A stretch of 64,000 nt of DNA from Eledone cirrhosa (Eukaryota). The stretch covers positions 29,140,001 to 29,204,000 of the forward strand of contig OZ024747.1 in the NCBI GenBank assembly GCA_964016885.1, read 5' to 3'. The notes under the pieces are model-generated. The model made no database searches, had not been told where the DNA came from, and saw nothing but the letters and a program-made list of their open reading frames with translations. This document shows, piece after piece, positions 26,330-39,400 of this stretch. A program made the translations under genes and the position numbers. Within the stretch, counting starts at the first letter, position 1. Every line of letters starts with the position of its first letter.

Positions 26330-27869
26330 CGAAGGAAATGTGGTAAGGAACCAGGTGGACCATAACGCACCAAAGTACTCAATACTTGAGGTAGTAGAGT
26401 GGGTAATAGGAACCAGTAAGACCCCGACAGCTGAGCTCAAGCCGTTTCGACGGCTAATTCTGGACTAAATGAAAATTTATCCTGGTATTTAAATAGCCGA
26501 TCTTCTCAGGGGGTAATTCCATATATGGTCAAAGTGATTGTCAAAAATCAGTAGTAATTCTGTGGTTGCAAATTAGTAGGGGAGATGGTGGCTAAACCTG
26601 CCAGTAGGAGAAAGAGGGGAGGGGGTGGAGTAGACCCAATCAAGCGTTGGTAGTGCCAGCTACAGCTGGGCATGAGGTCAAAGAAGATACAGGGGAGGGG
26701 GAGGGGGAGGAAGTCGGAACGGTAGGTAGAACAATGGGGGGTAGAAATATATAGGAAAGAAAAAATACTGAGAGTGAAGAAAAGCAAATAAGTGTAAAGA
26801 AAAAAGTAAAGTAAATTAAATTCTACGACCTAGGTCTCAGGCTATTGTTAGGCTAGAATAAAATAAAGAAAGAAAGAAGTAAATAAATAAATAAATAAAT
26901 AAAGAAATAACGAAATAAGTAAAAGAACTAGGTGGGACGGAATAGGCAAGGACCCTTTTAAGAGGTATAAGTACGTAAATGATACGGTGACGGGTCAACA
27001 AAAGGGGCCAAAATACTAAAGAGACTACCACGAAATAAACAATAAAGGTTTCCATCCCGGGCCAGCAACGACCCAGTGCAGCAAAGTGAACTTGTACGAG
27101 ATAATAATTCTGAGTCCCGAGAAAAATATATACTAATGCTAACTCTAAAAGATCTAAAACAAGCTACATGAAAGTTCGTACGAAATAAAGGTAGAATACG
27201 GAGAAATAAATTCAGAATCCACCCCGCCCAGAAGAAAAGCGAAGCAAGAAATACTGAAACGAAAAAATAAGGCATAAGTGCCACTAAGAAATATAGAGGG
27301 CACAGAGAATAGTGGGAGCGGTCGGAAAAAGGGGGCAAGTATCCGGGGTCTAAGCCAACTGCTATAAAGGGCGGAGTCCGCCAAATCTATCATAGACTAG
27401 GGGAGGGGGTGGTGGGGGTACTAAGGCTACGTGGGGCCAAAGGGCAGCCTCGGGTGGGCGAGAAAAGACGCCGACAAAGGAGAAGAGCTGGGGTAGAAGG
27501 ACTAAGGAGAGAGGGGGGAAGGAAATAAAGGAAGCGATAAAAGAATACAAAGAAGATCTTACGTCTTCCTTGGCAAGCAGGGGTTACCCATTGCAAAATC
27601 GGCAAGTGGGGTGTTATAGCCCTAGTCTACCCCCCCGGGTCATTATGGGGTTTGAGGGCGAGGTAAGTCCTACGCAATCTATGTTTACATGCAGTGACCA
27701 GTTCATCTTTCTTGTTTAGGAGTTGGTCCGTCGAAAACAGCATTTGTAAAGTTTCCTCCGAGCATAAATTGCACGGACGGCGTCCTCCCGTGTAAGAATT
27801 GGCTCTGGACAGTAATCTCCAAGTGAGATCATAGGTGATGTTGTTGTCCTTGAGGTCCCATAAGTGGCC

Positions 27870-27871
<2 letters not shown>
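26330..27871 (-). mobile_element. 3' fragment of another PLE family between (TA)n tracts
   Basis: Minus-strand frame absent from the track: YDLTWRLLSRANSYTGGRRPCNLCSEETLQMLFSTDQLLNKKDELVTACKHRLRRTYL (~27660-27835), homologous to the other PLE C-termini; hammerhead near the 3' end. Confidence 0.85.
26421..26514 (-). ncRNA. Type I hammerhead ribozyme with core mutation
   Basis: ACCCC-CTGAGAA-GATCGGCTA...TAGCCGTC-GAAA-CGGCT-TGAGCTC-AGCTG-TC-GGGGT; G8 appears as A. Confidence 0.7.
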
Positions 27872-27903
<32 letters not shown>

Positions 27904-27946
27904 ATAATATTAATAAATGGAAACTATCTTTATAAAACCATATTTA

Positions 27947-28002
27947 TTTTATTATATATATTTCAAGGGTACCAAATTTTGGTACGCTCTCATCAGATAA
28001 AA
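27947..28002 (-). ncRNA. Minimal type I hammerhead ribozyme
   Basis: TTTTAT-CTGATGA-GAGCGTACCAAAATTTGGTACCCTT-GAAA-T-ATAT-A-TA-ATAAAA. Confidence 0.75.
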
Positions 28003-28127
28003 TACAAAAGTTGGTTTACAGATAGTGACATATTCAGACAAGAACTTAATGTTGTGAGTTCTATTTGAATACTCACATCATTAAGTTCTTGTCTGAATAT
28101 GTCACTATCTGTAAACCAACTTTTATA

Positions 28128-28184
28128 TTTTATCTGATGAGTGCGTACCAAAATGTTGGTACCCTTGAAATATATATAATAAAA
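28128..28184 (+). ncRNA. Minimal type I hammerhead ribozyme
   Basis: TTTTAT-CTGATGA-GTGCGTACCAAAATGTTGGTACCCTT-GAAA-T-ATAT-A-TA-ATAAAA. Confidence 0.72.
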
Positions 28185-28227
28185 TAAATATGGTTTTATA
28201 AAGATAGCTTCCATATATTAATATTAT

Positions 28228-28307
<80 letters not shown>

Positions 28308-28874
28308 CCGACTCTCTCTTTCTATTGACAAAAATTTGTGAAATTATAAAACCAGAAGAACATATATGCATACATTCATACATGCATACATGCATACATA
28401 CAAGGTGATTGCCAACTAATTTTCGAGTACGGCCACTACTTTATATCCATGTAGGAGAACCCCTACCGATGCGCTGAACGAGTGTGAATTTTTAGTCCAG
28501 CCAGCGACTTGAAAACTCTGGTACAAACGCTACACTTGTGACAATTATTGACACATAGTGCTGGGCCCATGGTGCCATGTGATGACAAGTGCAGAGAGAT
28601 CTCCAGATATAAAGCATTTCCTGTGCCGTGAAGCTTTTATAGTGAGAAAAGGCACTGCACAAAGCCAGTCCCACTCTCTTAACCAAGATGATATTTACCA
28701 AAAAGAAGAACAAGTCAACATCATTGGATACCATCAGGGTTGCAGGTGTTATATCAGAGTTTTCCTTCTCCTAGAATTCTGCCTTGACAAAGGCTAAGGG
28801 GTCATCTCTCCCGGTGATTTTGGATGGCCATTGACTCTTAAGAGCTCCTACATACATACATACATAATCATACA

Positions 28875-31800
28875 AAATCACCCCTCCCCCAAAAAGTACA
28901 CAGCCATAAACATGGCAAAAAAGAACTCATATAATATATAAAGCAGCACACAGACATCACAGAAAAAAACTACTACTCCCCACCAACACCAAGAACTCTC
29001 CCTACAAACATAAGCATCATTGAAATCTCAATAGAACAGTACAAACCTTTAAAACAAAAATTCCCCAACGCAGTTGGAGATTTCAGAGGGTCGGTTACCA
29101 AGAGGATATACACTGACATCCTCTTGGAAACACCCATGACCAGCGAAAGGGACGGTTCTACTGTCCCTTCACCACACGATCAAGGTAAGTGACCCCTTCT
29201 CACTTGCCCCGTTTCCCATCCAACATGGCCGTACACAGAATAGGCAGTGGCCTGGGGTCATCTTGGAAGCAGGGTCACCTGCTCAACGACCTCAGGTCAC
29301 TAAACATAGATGTGGTGGCCATCAGTGAGACCAGAATCTCCGAAGCACAAACCTTCGCACCGATCTTCGGCGGCTACGATGTATACGCATCTCCCAGCCG
29401 TCCAGGATCGGGGGGAGGGGTTGCCGTCCTTTTTCGGAGAGGCTTGGATCTCGCCATACGGGCCATCTTCCTAGACCCAGAAGGTAAGTCGGTGGTGCTG
29501 GACGTGACCGGCAGCGAAGGCAATGCTTTCAGGCTAGTAGCCGTCTACGCCCCGACAGGGGCAGGACGGCCAGATTTCTTCAGACGTCTAGAGACCTTTC
29601 TTGGAACGTCCCGCCCTTTAGTGTTAGTGGGCGACTGGAACGGTATCTTGGATGCACGCTGGGATTGTGTGGGGCTAGTGGATAGGGGAGGAGGGTGCAA
29701 GAGCCTCACCAACCTGCTCAGACGTTTTGAACTGTCTGACAAGTATCGACTGGATCACCCGAATGTGCCAATGTGGAAATGGACAAATCGCATAGCCTCA
29801 TCCAGATCGTATCTCGATAGGGTATTCTGCAGAGAACTAGATAAGGCTAGTATAAGTTGTGCACAATTTAAAATAGTCAACTACACAGACCACAAATTTG
29901 AGATCTGTGAGATCGACATAGACAGACTTCATAGACAAGGGCCCGGTTACTGGAAGCTGAACGCGTCTTTCCCGGCGCACAAAGCCTACAGAGACCGGAT
30001 TAGCGTATTAGTTAAGCGGGCGTTGACGAGAGCGGTCGTCAACAACAGGTGGTGGTTCGCCCTGAAAAGAGCAATTAAAGTAGAGTCGATTAGGTTTAGC
30101 AAAGGAGTAGTGATAGAGGAAAATAGAGTAGAGGGAGAGTTAGTCAGAAAGCTAGAAGAGGCGTTTAGGACAGGCATCGCAACCGACGTGCTTGTGGCGA
30201 GATTGGCACTCGACCAATTCTTCAACGCAAAACACGAAGGCTGCGTTGTCAGAGCTAGAGCGCGTGCTCTGAAACACGAGGGGACAAAAGCCGTCCAATG
30301 GGCCCGGGTGGCAGAGGCGCGACGTGGCAACAAAGCCACAATTCGATCTTTGTCTGACCAAAACGGGTGCGTGATGCTCTAACCCGAGCGGATGTGCGAA
30401 GCCTTTCAGCAGCACTTTGCTGAACTGTTCGGGAACAGCGGCGGCCCGGATCGGGGCATAGACTTCAGTGCACACCTCGACGGACTGCCTCGGCTCTCGA
30501 CGACCGCAGCACAGTGTTGCGAAAATCCAATAACATCCGGTGAAATACGGGAAGCGATGGCTAACTGCACGAGGGGTAAATCGCCAGGTTTTGATGGTCT
30601 GCCTACAAGCTTTATGCATTTATGCCAGACTTGTTCGGTGACCTCTTGGCAGACGTCTACTGCAACTGGCAGCAGAACGGGAGCATTCCCAGTTTTGTGA
30701 ACCGGGGAGCGGTGGCGCTGCTGAGAAAAGACTTGAACAAGGGGGATGTTATCGATAATTTCAGGCCCATAACGCTGCTAAACGCAGAGTTCAAGATTTT
30801 GGCCAAGGTGTTAGCAACGGGGTTGGCGCTTGTCGTCAAGGGTCTGGTGGGAGATGCGCAGACATGCGCCATTCCGGACAGATCCATACACGACAACCTC
30901 CACCTCATGCGATACATCATAGAGAGGGTGGTTAAGGAACCTGGAACGGGTGGGGCCCTGATCAACTTGGATCAATCCAAAGCATTCGATAGGGTCGATC
31001 ATCGGTACCTGGCGGCGGTCCTCGAGGCAGCCGGTTTCGGGCCCGTTTCAGGGGTTGGATCGCAGCAATGTACAGCGACATTTGCTCAGTTGTGAGGGTG
31101 AACGGTCACCTGTCGCAGCCGTTCAGCATCATGCGCTCAGTCCGCCAGGGTTGTCCCCTCTCGTCCCTCTTGTACGTATTGGCTCTCGAGCCGTTACTGC
31201 ACAAACTGGGGGCGATGAGGGGCGTCCCACGCGAACTAGGATGCGGGAAATCCGAGTCGGCTTACGCTGACGATGTCACCGTGGTGGTGTCGAGCACCAG
31301 ACACGTCCAGATGCTCGGCACCGCTCTCAAGGAATACGAAGCGGTGACAGGAGCAAAGATACACCAGGAAAAGTCGGTGGGCTTGCAGCTCGGCACCTGG
31401 AGAAGCAAGTCCATGCCGTCCGACAGCGTCGTGGCGCGTTGGACGGACGGACCGGTTAAATTGCTCGGGGTCTGGTTCGGACCGGACCTCCAGATGGAGA
31501 AAAACTGGAACGAGAGGACGAGCAGGGTGGCCTCCCTCACCCTGAAAGGCCGGGCGGAGATGGCGAATGCGTACATCGTATCCGTCATCTGTTACCGCCT
31601 CACCGTCGTCCCTTGCTCCAGCCCAACTCTCACCAAAATGGAGCGCCTCCTCTTCCGCTTTTTGTGGAAGGGACGCGCTCCCATGGTCAGACGATCCATC
31701 TGCTGTCAACACCCGTTGCGTGGAGGACTGGGCATGCCATGGCTGATGATGCGCAAACATGCGCTGAGGCTGCGACATCTCTGGTGCTTCCTTGATGGTG

Positions 31801-32921
31801 AACGGGTGTGGTCGCCGTTCGCCAGGCACGTTTTCCCACAGCTCGTCTTCTTGACGGAGCTGCAGTCCTGGGTCAGAAAAACACCGAGGGATAGCGCTTG
31901 GAAACTGGAATGTCGCCAGGCGCTCACTGCCCTCTCCCAGCTGGGCACCAGTATCGGTGGAACATCCACCTCGGCGTTCTATAGAGGACTAGTGGAGGGG
32001 AAGAGCGACGACATTCTCGGAGAGATCCTGGGCGTCGAAGAAGATCAGCTGCTTGCTCTCTTCCGGAGAACTTTCAGCCCGGGGCCTATGGATAACTTCC
32101 AAAAATCCCTGGCCTGGCAGTGCTACCGGGGAGCGCTGCCGGTTCGAGATAAGCTCTACAGGCACGGAAGTGCCGTCAGCCGAGCCTGTCCGAGATGCGC
32201 GCAGGGCGACGAAACCGTTGTGCACGCACTCGTTCAGTGCCCGAGCATTGCTGACTTGTGGAGCTATGTCGAACAGTTGCTGTCACGTGTGGGACTGATC
32301 CGGTTGTCGACTGAGTCTATTGTGCAGATGGTCTCGCCGTCTTCCTTCGAGGAGGAAGGGCAGGCGGTTTTCATCTGCCTGGTGGCCATGGCGAAAGAGA
32401 TTGCGTGGTGGACAAGGTTAAAAGGGTTAAAGACAGACACTTTCCTCTTCGGCGAATCCCTAATTAACTTTTTCAAGTTTCACTTGAAGAGGAAAATCAG
32501 GGTGGAGAGGCAAGTCCTGCTTTCTAGCAAGTTTGTTGAAAGGTGGGTGAATGTAGCGAGAATGGTCCGAGTGAACGGGACCACTCTGAATATACGTCTG
32601 TAGTTTGAGAGATGGAAAAATTGAGAGAGGGCGCTTGCCCTGGTGGTCAGGGTGGCCGTGGTCTTTTGTGTGGTTTTCGCCACGAGTAACCCTCGGAGGT
32701 TTCCCCCCCCCCTATTGGGGAATTTTTCATTCTTTCAATTTTCATTTTTATTGTTTATATATATATATGTTTCTATGTCCTTTTTTTCTTTTCTTATATA
32801 AATAATAAAAATATTTACACGCACAAAACCCACATCGTACCGTTCTGTGCCGTCTGTAATGTTTTTCTTGATGTCAGCCCTTGTGGCCAATAAAGAAATC
32901 ATTATTATTATTATTATTATT
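28875..32921 (+). mobile_element. Older, 5'-truncated, decayed Tx1/L1-type LINE related to the array unit
   Basis: End of ORF1 (KFPNAVGDFR), then ORF2 APE-RT broken into 29225-30382, 30392-30700, 30622-31095 and 31068-32603; 3' UTR ends AATAAAGAAATC(ATT)7. Confidence 0.92.
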
Positions 32922-34106
32922 ATGATTGTTCTTTGAGTCTCAGTCATTGATGTTGGGTAACTGGAAAGTTTGTTGAAATGAATATCAAGCCACTACCTGC
33001 AGCCTCAGATATTCAGGACATATCGGAGGGTTCTTGCTGTTCCCAGCAAGCATGCCTTTTGAAGTGTTCCAAAAAGCGGGGCGGGACCAATTTTCTTTAA
33101 CCATCCCTGGAAACTCTTTGAGATAGTATCTAGTGCGCCTATGACAATCTTTGACTTCATCGCAGTTCCAAATCCTTTTTACCTCCCACTTTAAGTCCTG
33201 GTATCGGTGGTTAATTTTCTCCCTCTCCTTCTCTTGCACTCTCGTGTCGAATGGGCAGGCCACATCCACAATCAGGCACGATCTTTTTTCCTTGTCCTAA
33301 ACCACCAGGTCAGATCTATTGTGTTCCAGTTTCTTGTCCGTCTGTATCCTAAAATCCTACAGCACCTTCACCTGATCGTTTTCTATCACCGACTCTGGCT
33401 TATGCTCATACCACTTCTCAGAATGTGGTAAATTGTTTACTTTGCATAGGTGCCAGTGGATCACCCTGCCCATCACATCATGTCTCCAGCCTTTATAGTG
33501 AGTCTGGGCTAGGTGTTTACACTCGGATACAATGTGAGCCACAGTCTCCTCTCTCTCTCCACAGATCCTGCACAGTGGGCTAGCCTCCCCTTGTAAATAT
33601 GGTGTTTCAGCCATTTCGTTTTGAGGGCCTGCTCTTGCGCAGCCATTAGCATTCCTTTTGTAGCCTTTTTAAGGTCTCCTCTTTTCAACCAGTTCCATGT
33701 CTGTGGATCTCTGAATTCAGTTTTCTCAAAGAAGGTACTATGAAGGGATTTTTCATGAAGGTTGCTCTTTCTCCTTGTTGTTATTTCCTCCTTGGACATC
33801 CCCTGGTCTATTGTCCTGTCCTTCAGTACAATTCTGAGCATTGGCTCCCTACTAGCAGTCACGTATTTGTGTAGGTTGTTTTTCTCCATCTGAACACAGT
33901 CCAACTTGTATCCTGCTCTCACTTTTCGCAGTATAATAGTCAGGGGCATCAGGGCAAGGACAAACTACAGAGGGGACAGACTATCTCCCTGGAAGATACC
34001 TCTCTTGATCTTCACGCCTCCTAAGGATTCTCCAGCTGATGTTAACTCTGTTTTCCAGGACTTCATACTTTTGCTCAACAACTGTCTGATGTTATATGCC
34101 ACCTTT
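32922..34106 (-). mobile_element. R4/Dong-type non-LTR retrotransposon fragment (restriction-like endonuclease), 5'-truncated and internally deleted
   Basis: GVKIKRGIFQGDSLSPL (RT), AAQEQAL, CRICGEREETVAHIVSEC, RHD, HKPESVIEND, DVACPFD..EKEREKI..YQDL; flanked by (TAA)n on its own strand on both sides. Confidence 0.85.
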
Positions 34107-34345
34107 ATTATTATTATTATTATTATTATTGAATGCCATGGTTGACGGAGGCTCGGCTCTGTAAGGTATAGTAATTTTTAACCGTTAAAACAATTGTAAA
34201 TTGTTTAAAACTTGAACCAAATTGTTGATAAAGACACCCTCCTCCTCGTGAGAGGGGTCTTTCTGTCCGTTATTTGGCCCTTCGGGGTTAAATAACCAGT
34301 TATTGGGGTTTTGTACCCAAAATTTCATTTTAAACAAAAAACAAC

Positions 34346-36442
34346 ATGGCTACGAAAAAAAAATTTCATACGTCACTCCCACTCATTCCGTCTTCTTCTT
34401 CCTCAATCATCACTACAGCAGAGAGAAGATTGTCTCTCTCCCTCCCTTCTTTAAATGTGTCTCTCTCCCTCCCTTCTCTTTCGCAAGTGACGAAAGAAAA
34501 GAAAAGTCTCGTGCAAAGCGTGCAAGGTTTCTCCACGACGACGACGACAGCGACGAAACAGGTGTGCGGGAAATACGAAAACCCAGTTCATTCGTCTGAC
34601 GTCAGGAATAATAGCAGTAGCAGCCGTAATAACAACAGCAACAGTGACAATGAAAACAACAGTAGCAGCCGCAACAGCATCACCAGCAGCATAAACAACA
34701 ACAGCATTAGCAGCAGCAACACCAACAACAACCACAGCAACAGCGGCGGAGGCAGTAGTCGTAGTACCTGCAGCAACAACAAAAGTACCAGCAGCTCTGA
34801 CGACAACAACAACAGCAGAGAAAAACCAATCTCATTTGCAGGTATTGCGAAAAACTTGGAAACAATCCTCATAACAAATGAGGAATTAGAGGAAGCGAAG
34901 AAGATGGTGACAAAGAACGGACACCGAGCAATCTGCAAGGCAGCGGAAAAATTTTTCAAAACCCAAGAGCACTGTACGGTCACGTACCGTACAGTAAGTA
35001 CAAAATCCCGTAGGGTGGAAAGAGCCACAGAGGCCCAAATACAAAAAGCCTTGGGGTCTGTGTGGCAGAGGAAAACGCACATCACCCGAGGCAAAAAAAT
35101 ACGCCACCGTAGACGTACTTTTTGCCACACCCCAGGAGGCAAAGGCCCAATCAGTAGTGACCCTAAGGAGCGAGGAAATGGTGTTGGTGCCCTCCTACTG
35201 CGGGCAAAAAATTGTGAGGGTCAAACTGACCCACGTCCCCCCCGGAATGACCCCTTCTTGGCTGGCCGCGTCTGTCCTCGTCGGAATCGAGGACAAAACA
35301 ACTGTACTGCAAGTACAGAAAAATGTAAGAGAAGATTGGGTCGGCTCCTCCATTGAGATGCTAATCCAAACCAACCAGGAGTGCATCGAAGCTATCCCGG
35401 ATGTGATAGACTTCGATAACGGCACTCAACTGCCCATAAGTGTTGAGGGCAAACGCCCGAAATGCTTTCGCTGTGGATCGAAGACTCACCTCAGGGCCTT
35501 CTGCAACGAGAAGACCCTGAGAAAGGAGAAAACCCCCCTCCTTCCGAATCCGGCTCCACGGCTACCAGCAACAGGACAAGCGGCAACCAGGAACGATAGG
35601 TCCGTGGCACCCATACCCACTCCACGGAAATCAAAGACAGCAGCAGCAGTGGAAATATTAACAACAACAACAGCAATACCAAATGCAGCTGCAACAGAGA
35701 CTCCAGTGCAAACATCACCAACAACAACAAGTGAAAGAGTGGAGCTGGTACCCCTCCCCGACCTTACAGAATCAGACATGGAGTGTGAGGTGGGAGAGGG
35801 ATGGCAAAAGGTCGCAAGAAGGCACAAACGCAGAAGCAGCGCATCGTCGCCTTTGAAAAGGGAGGAAAGAAATGAGAAAAGGGTAAAGTCTACTGCAAAG
35901 AGACCCACAGCAGCAACACCACCAACACCATCACCACCCACACCAGCACCACCATCACCACCGGCGACAACCCCACCGCCAACAACACCTTCAACACCAC
36001 CACCACAAGCACCAACATCGCAAACACAACAACAAAACACACACACCCAGCAACAACGACAAGAAAATAGCAGAACCCCACCCCACCCCAGAAAAACAAA
36101 TGCACGGCAATAAACACACACAACAAGAAACTAATGACTTACATAATTGAACACACAGACATTTCACAACAGGACTACATAATACCAGCACCAATCAAAA
36201 CGCCAACTAACATAAGACTGCTAAAAATAGCACAGAAACAATACACAAACATTAAAACGAAATTCCCCAACGCAGTTGGTGATTTCAGGGACCTAGGAGG
36301 AACCATTAATCGAAGAGTATATTCAGACATTCTCTTAGAAGAGCCGACGACCAGCCGAAGGGACGATTCAACGGTCCCTTCACCAGACGATCAAGTGAAA
36401 AGGGATGTAAAAACCATCCCTCCTCTACCAAAAGTACGGTAA
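34346..36442 (+). pseudogene. LINE ORF1 copy 1, two homopolymer frameshifts
   Basis: Extra A at ~35093-35099 and a missing C at ~36086-36089 relative to the other copies; could be sequencing error. Confidence 0.8.
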
Positions 36443-36477
36443 GTGGTCTTTCCCATCTTTTCCACTCTATTTTAAAC

Positions 36478-39400
36478 ATGACCTCACTCAGAATAGGCAG
36501 CATAAATGCGCGTGGCTTGGGGTCGTCATGGAAGCAGGGTCACCTGCTCAACGACCTCAGGTCACTAAACATAGATGTAGTGGCCATCAGCGAGACCAGA
36601 ATCTCCGAAGCACGGGCCTTCGCACCGATCTTCGGCGGCTACGATGTGTACGCATCTCCCAGCCGTCCTGGATCGGGTGGAGGAGTTGCTGTGCTTTTTC
36701 GGAGAGGTTTGGATCTCGCCATACGGGCCATCTTCCTGGACCCAGAGGGTAAGCTGGTGGTGGTGGACGTGACCAGCGGAGACGGGCAAGCTTTCAGGCT
36801 AGTGGCCGTCTATGCCCCGACAGGAGCAGGGCGGCCTGATTTCTTCCGGCGTCTGGAGACCTTTCTTGGAACGTCGCGCTCTTTAGTGTTAGTGGGCGAC
36901 TGGAACGGGATCTTAGATGCACGCTGGGACTGTGTGGGATTAGCGGATAGGGGTGGAGGGTGCAAGAGCCTCACCAACCTGCTCAGGCGTTTTGAACTGT
37001 CTGACAGGTACCGATTGGATTTCCCGAATGTGCCAATGTGGACTTGGACAAACCGCGTAGGGTCATCCAGATCATATCTAGATAGAGTATTTTGTAGGGA
37101 AATAGATAGGTCTAGCATAGGCTGTCCACAATTCAAGATAGTCAGCTACACGGACCACAAATTCGTGACCTGTCTGCTTGACTTAGATAGGCTTCATAGA
37201 CGAGGACCCGGCTACTGGAAGCTAAACGCGTCCTTACCAGCGCGCAAGGCCTACAGAGACCGGATTAGCGAACTAGTTAAGCGGGCGTTGACGGGGGCCA
37301 TCGTCAACAACAAGTGGTGGTTTGCTCTGAAAAGAGCGATTAGAATAGAATCGATTAGGTTTAGTAAGGCTTTAGCAATAGAGAAAAATAGAGCAGAGGG
37401 AGAACTAGTTAGAAAATTAGACGAGGCGCTTAGCAAAGGCATTGCGACCGACGTGCTTGCGGCGAAATTGGCCCTTGACCAATTCTTCAATGCAAAGCAC
37501 GAAGGCTGCGTTGTCAGAGCTAGGGTGCGTGCTCTCAGACACGAGGGGACGAAAGCCGTTCAATGGGCCCGAGTGGCGGAGGCGCGTCGTGGCAACAAAG
37601 CCACGATCCGGTCTTTGGTGGACCCCGACGGGCGCATGCTACTCGATCCCGGGCAAATGTGTGAAGCTTTTCAGCGACACTTCGCTCAGCTGTTCGGGGG
37701 CAGCGGGGGGCCGGGTAGAGGGATGGACTTTAGTGTCTACCTCGACGGACTGCCGCGGCTCTCGGCCACTGAGGCGAAGTGTTGCGAAAAGCCGATAACA
37801 GCCGCTGAAGTAAGGGAGGCAATGACTGGCTGCACAAGGGGTAAATCGCCTGGTTTGGATGGTCTGCCCTATGAACTTTACGTACAGATGCCAGACTTGT
37901 TCGGAGGCCTCTTGGCGGACGTCTACTGCAACTGGCAACAGAACGGGAGAATTCCCAGTTCTGTGAGCCGAGGAGCGGTGGCACTGCTGAGAAAGGATCC
38001 GAACAAGGGGGATAACATAGAAAATTTCCGGCCCATAACTCTGCTAAACACAGAGTTTAAGATTTTGGCCAAGGTGCTAGCAAAGAGGTTGGCGCTTGTC
38101 GTTGGTGGTCTGGTGGGAGAGGCGCAGACATGCGCCATTCCCGACAGATCCATCCACGACAACCTCCACCTCATGCGATACATCGTAGAGAGGGTAGCTA
38201 GGGAACCTGGCACGGGTGGGTCCTTGATCAATTTAGATCAGTCGAAAGCTTTCGATAGGGTCGACCATCGTTACCTAGCGGCAGTCCTGAGGGCGGCTGG
38301 CTTTGGGCCCGTCTTCAGAGGCTGGATCGCTGCCATGCACAGCGACATCTGCTCTGTGGTGAGAGTGAACGGTCACCTGTCGGAACCGTTCAACATCATG
38401 CGCTCGGTCCGCCAAGGATGTCCCCTCTCGTCCCTCTTGTACGTATTGACTCTCGAGCCATTACTGCACAAACTGGAGACGTTGAGGGGGGTCCCGCGCG
38501 AACTAGGATGCGGAAGATCCGTATCAGCATATGCGGACGATGTCACCGTAGTGGTGTCGAACGCCAAACACATCGAGGCGATCGGCACTACACTAAGAGA
38601 ATACGAAGCGGTGACAGGAGCAATGATCAACCAGGAAAAGTCAGTGGGCCTGCAGCTCGGCACCTGGAGAGGCAGGTCCATGCCGTCCAACAGCGTCGTC
38701 GGACGCTGGACGGACGGACCAGTTAAATTGCTAGGGGTCTGGTTCGGTCCGGACCTCCAGACGGACAAAAACTGGGACGAGGTGACGAGCAGGGTGGCTT
38801 CTCTCACCCAGAAATGGGCCGAGAGGAAGCTATCCCTGAAAGGTCGAGCGGAGGTGGCTAACGCGTACATCGCGTCCGTCATCTGCTACCGCCTGACCGT
38901 CGTACCTTGTCCTAAGCCTCGCCTGACTGTGCTGGAGCGTTTGCTCTTTCGCTTTTTGTGGAAGGGACGCGCTCCGATGGTCAGGCGGTCCATCTGTTGT
39001 CAACACCCGCTACGTGGAGGGCTGGGCATGCCGTGGCTGATGATGCGCAGGCACGCGCTCAGGCTACGACATCTCCACCTCTTCCTCGACGGTGATCAGG
39101 TGTGGTCGCCGTTTGCTAGACGCGTTTTTCCCCAGCTCGTTTCCTTGACGGAGCTGCAGTCCTGGGTCAAGCGAAGACCGAGAGGGAGCGCCTGGAGACT
39201 GGAATGTCTTCAGGCGCTCACAGCCCTCGACCAATCGGGCAATGTGATCGGTGGAAACTCCACCTCGGCGTACTATAGAGGATTAGTGGAGGGGAAGAGC
39301 GACGACGTACTTGGGGAAACTCTAGGCGTCGACGAAAATCAACTAGCCAATCTCTTCGGAAGAACTTTCGGGCCGGGGCCTATGGACAACTTCCAGAAAT

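Larger units (their letters stand above)
27901..28230. mobile_element. 330-bp fold-back element between (TA)n tracts with one hammerhead per arm
   Basis: Arms ~27901-28059 and ~28071-28230 are near-perfect reverse complements; hammerheads at 27947-28002 (-) and 28128-28184 (+). Confidence 0.85.

Noticed and set aside
34229-34262. HDV-like ribozyme suggested by CCTCCTCGTG
   Set aside because: The flanks form a simple hairpin; I could not build P1, P1.1, P2 and J4/2 of the nested pseudoknot.
35090-36090. Programmed frameshifting in ORF1 copy 1
   Set aside because: Single-base homopolymer indels private to one copy; mutation or sequencing error.
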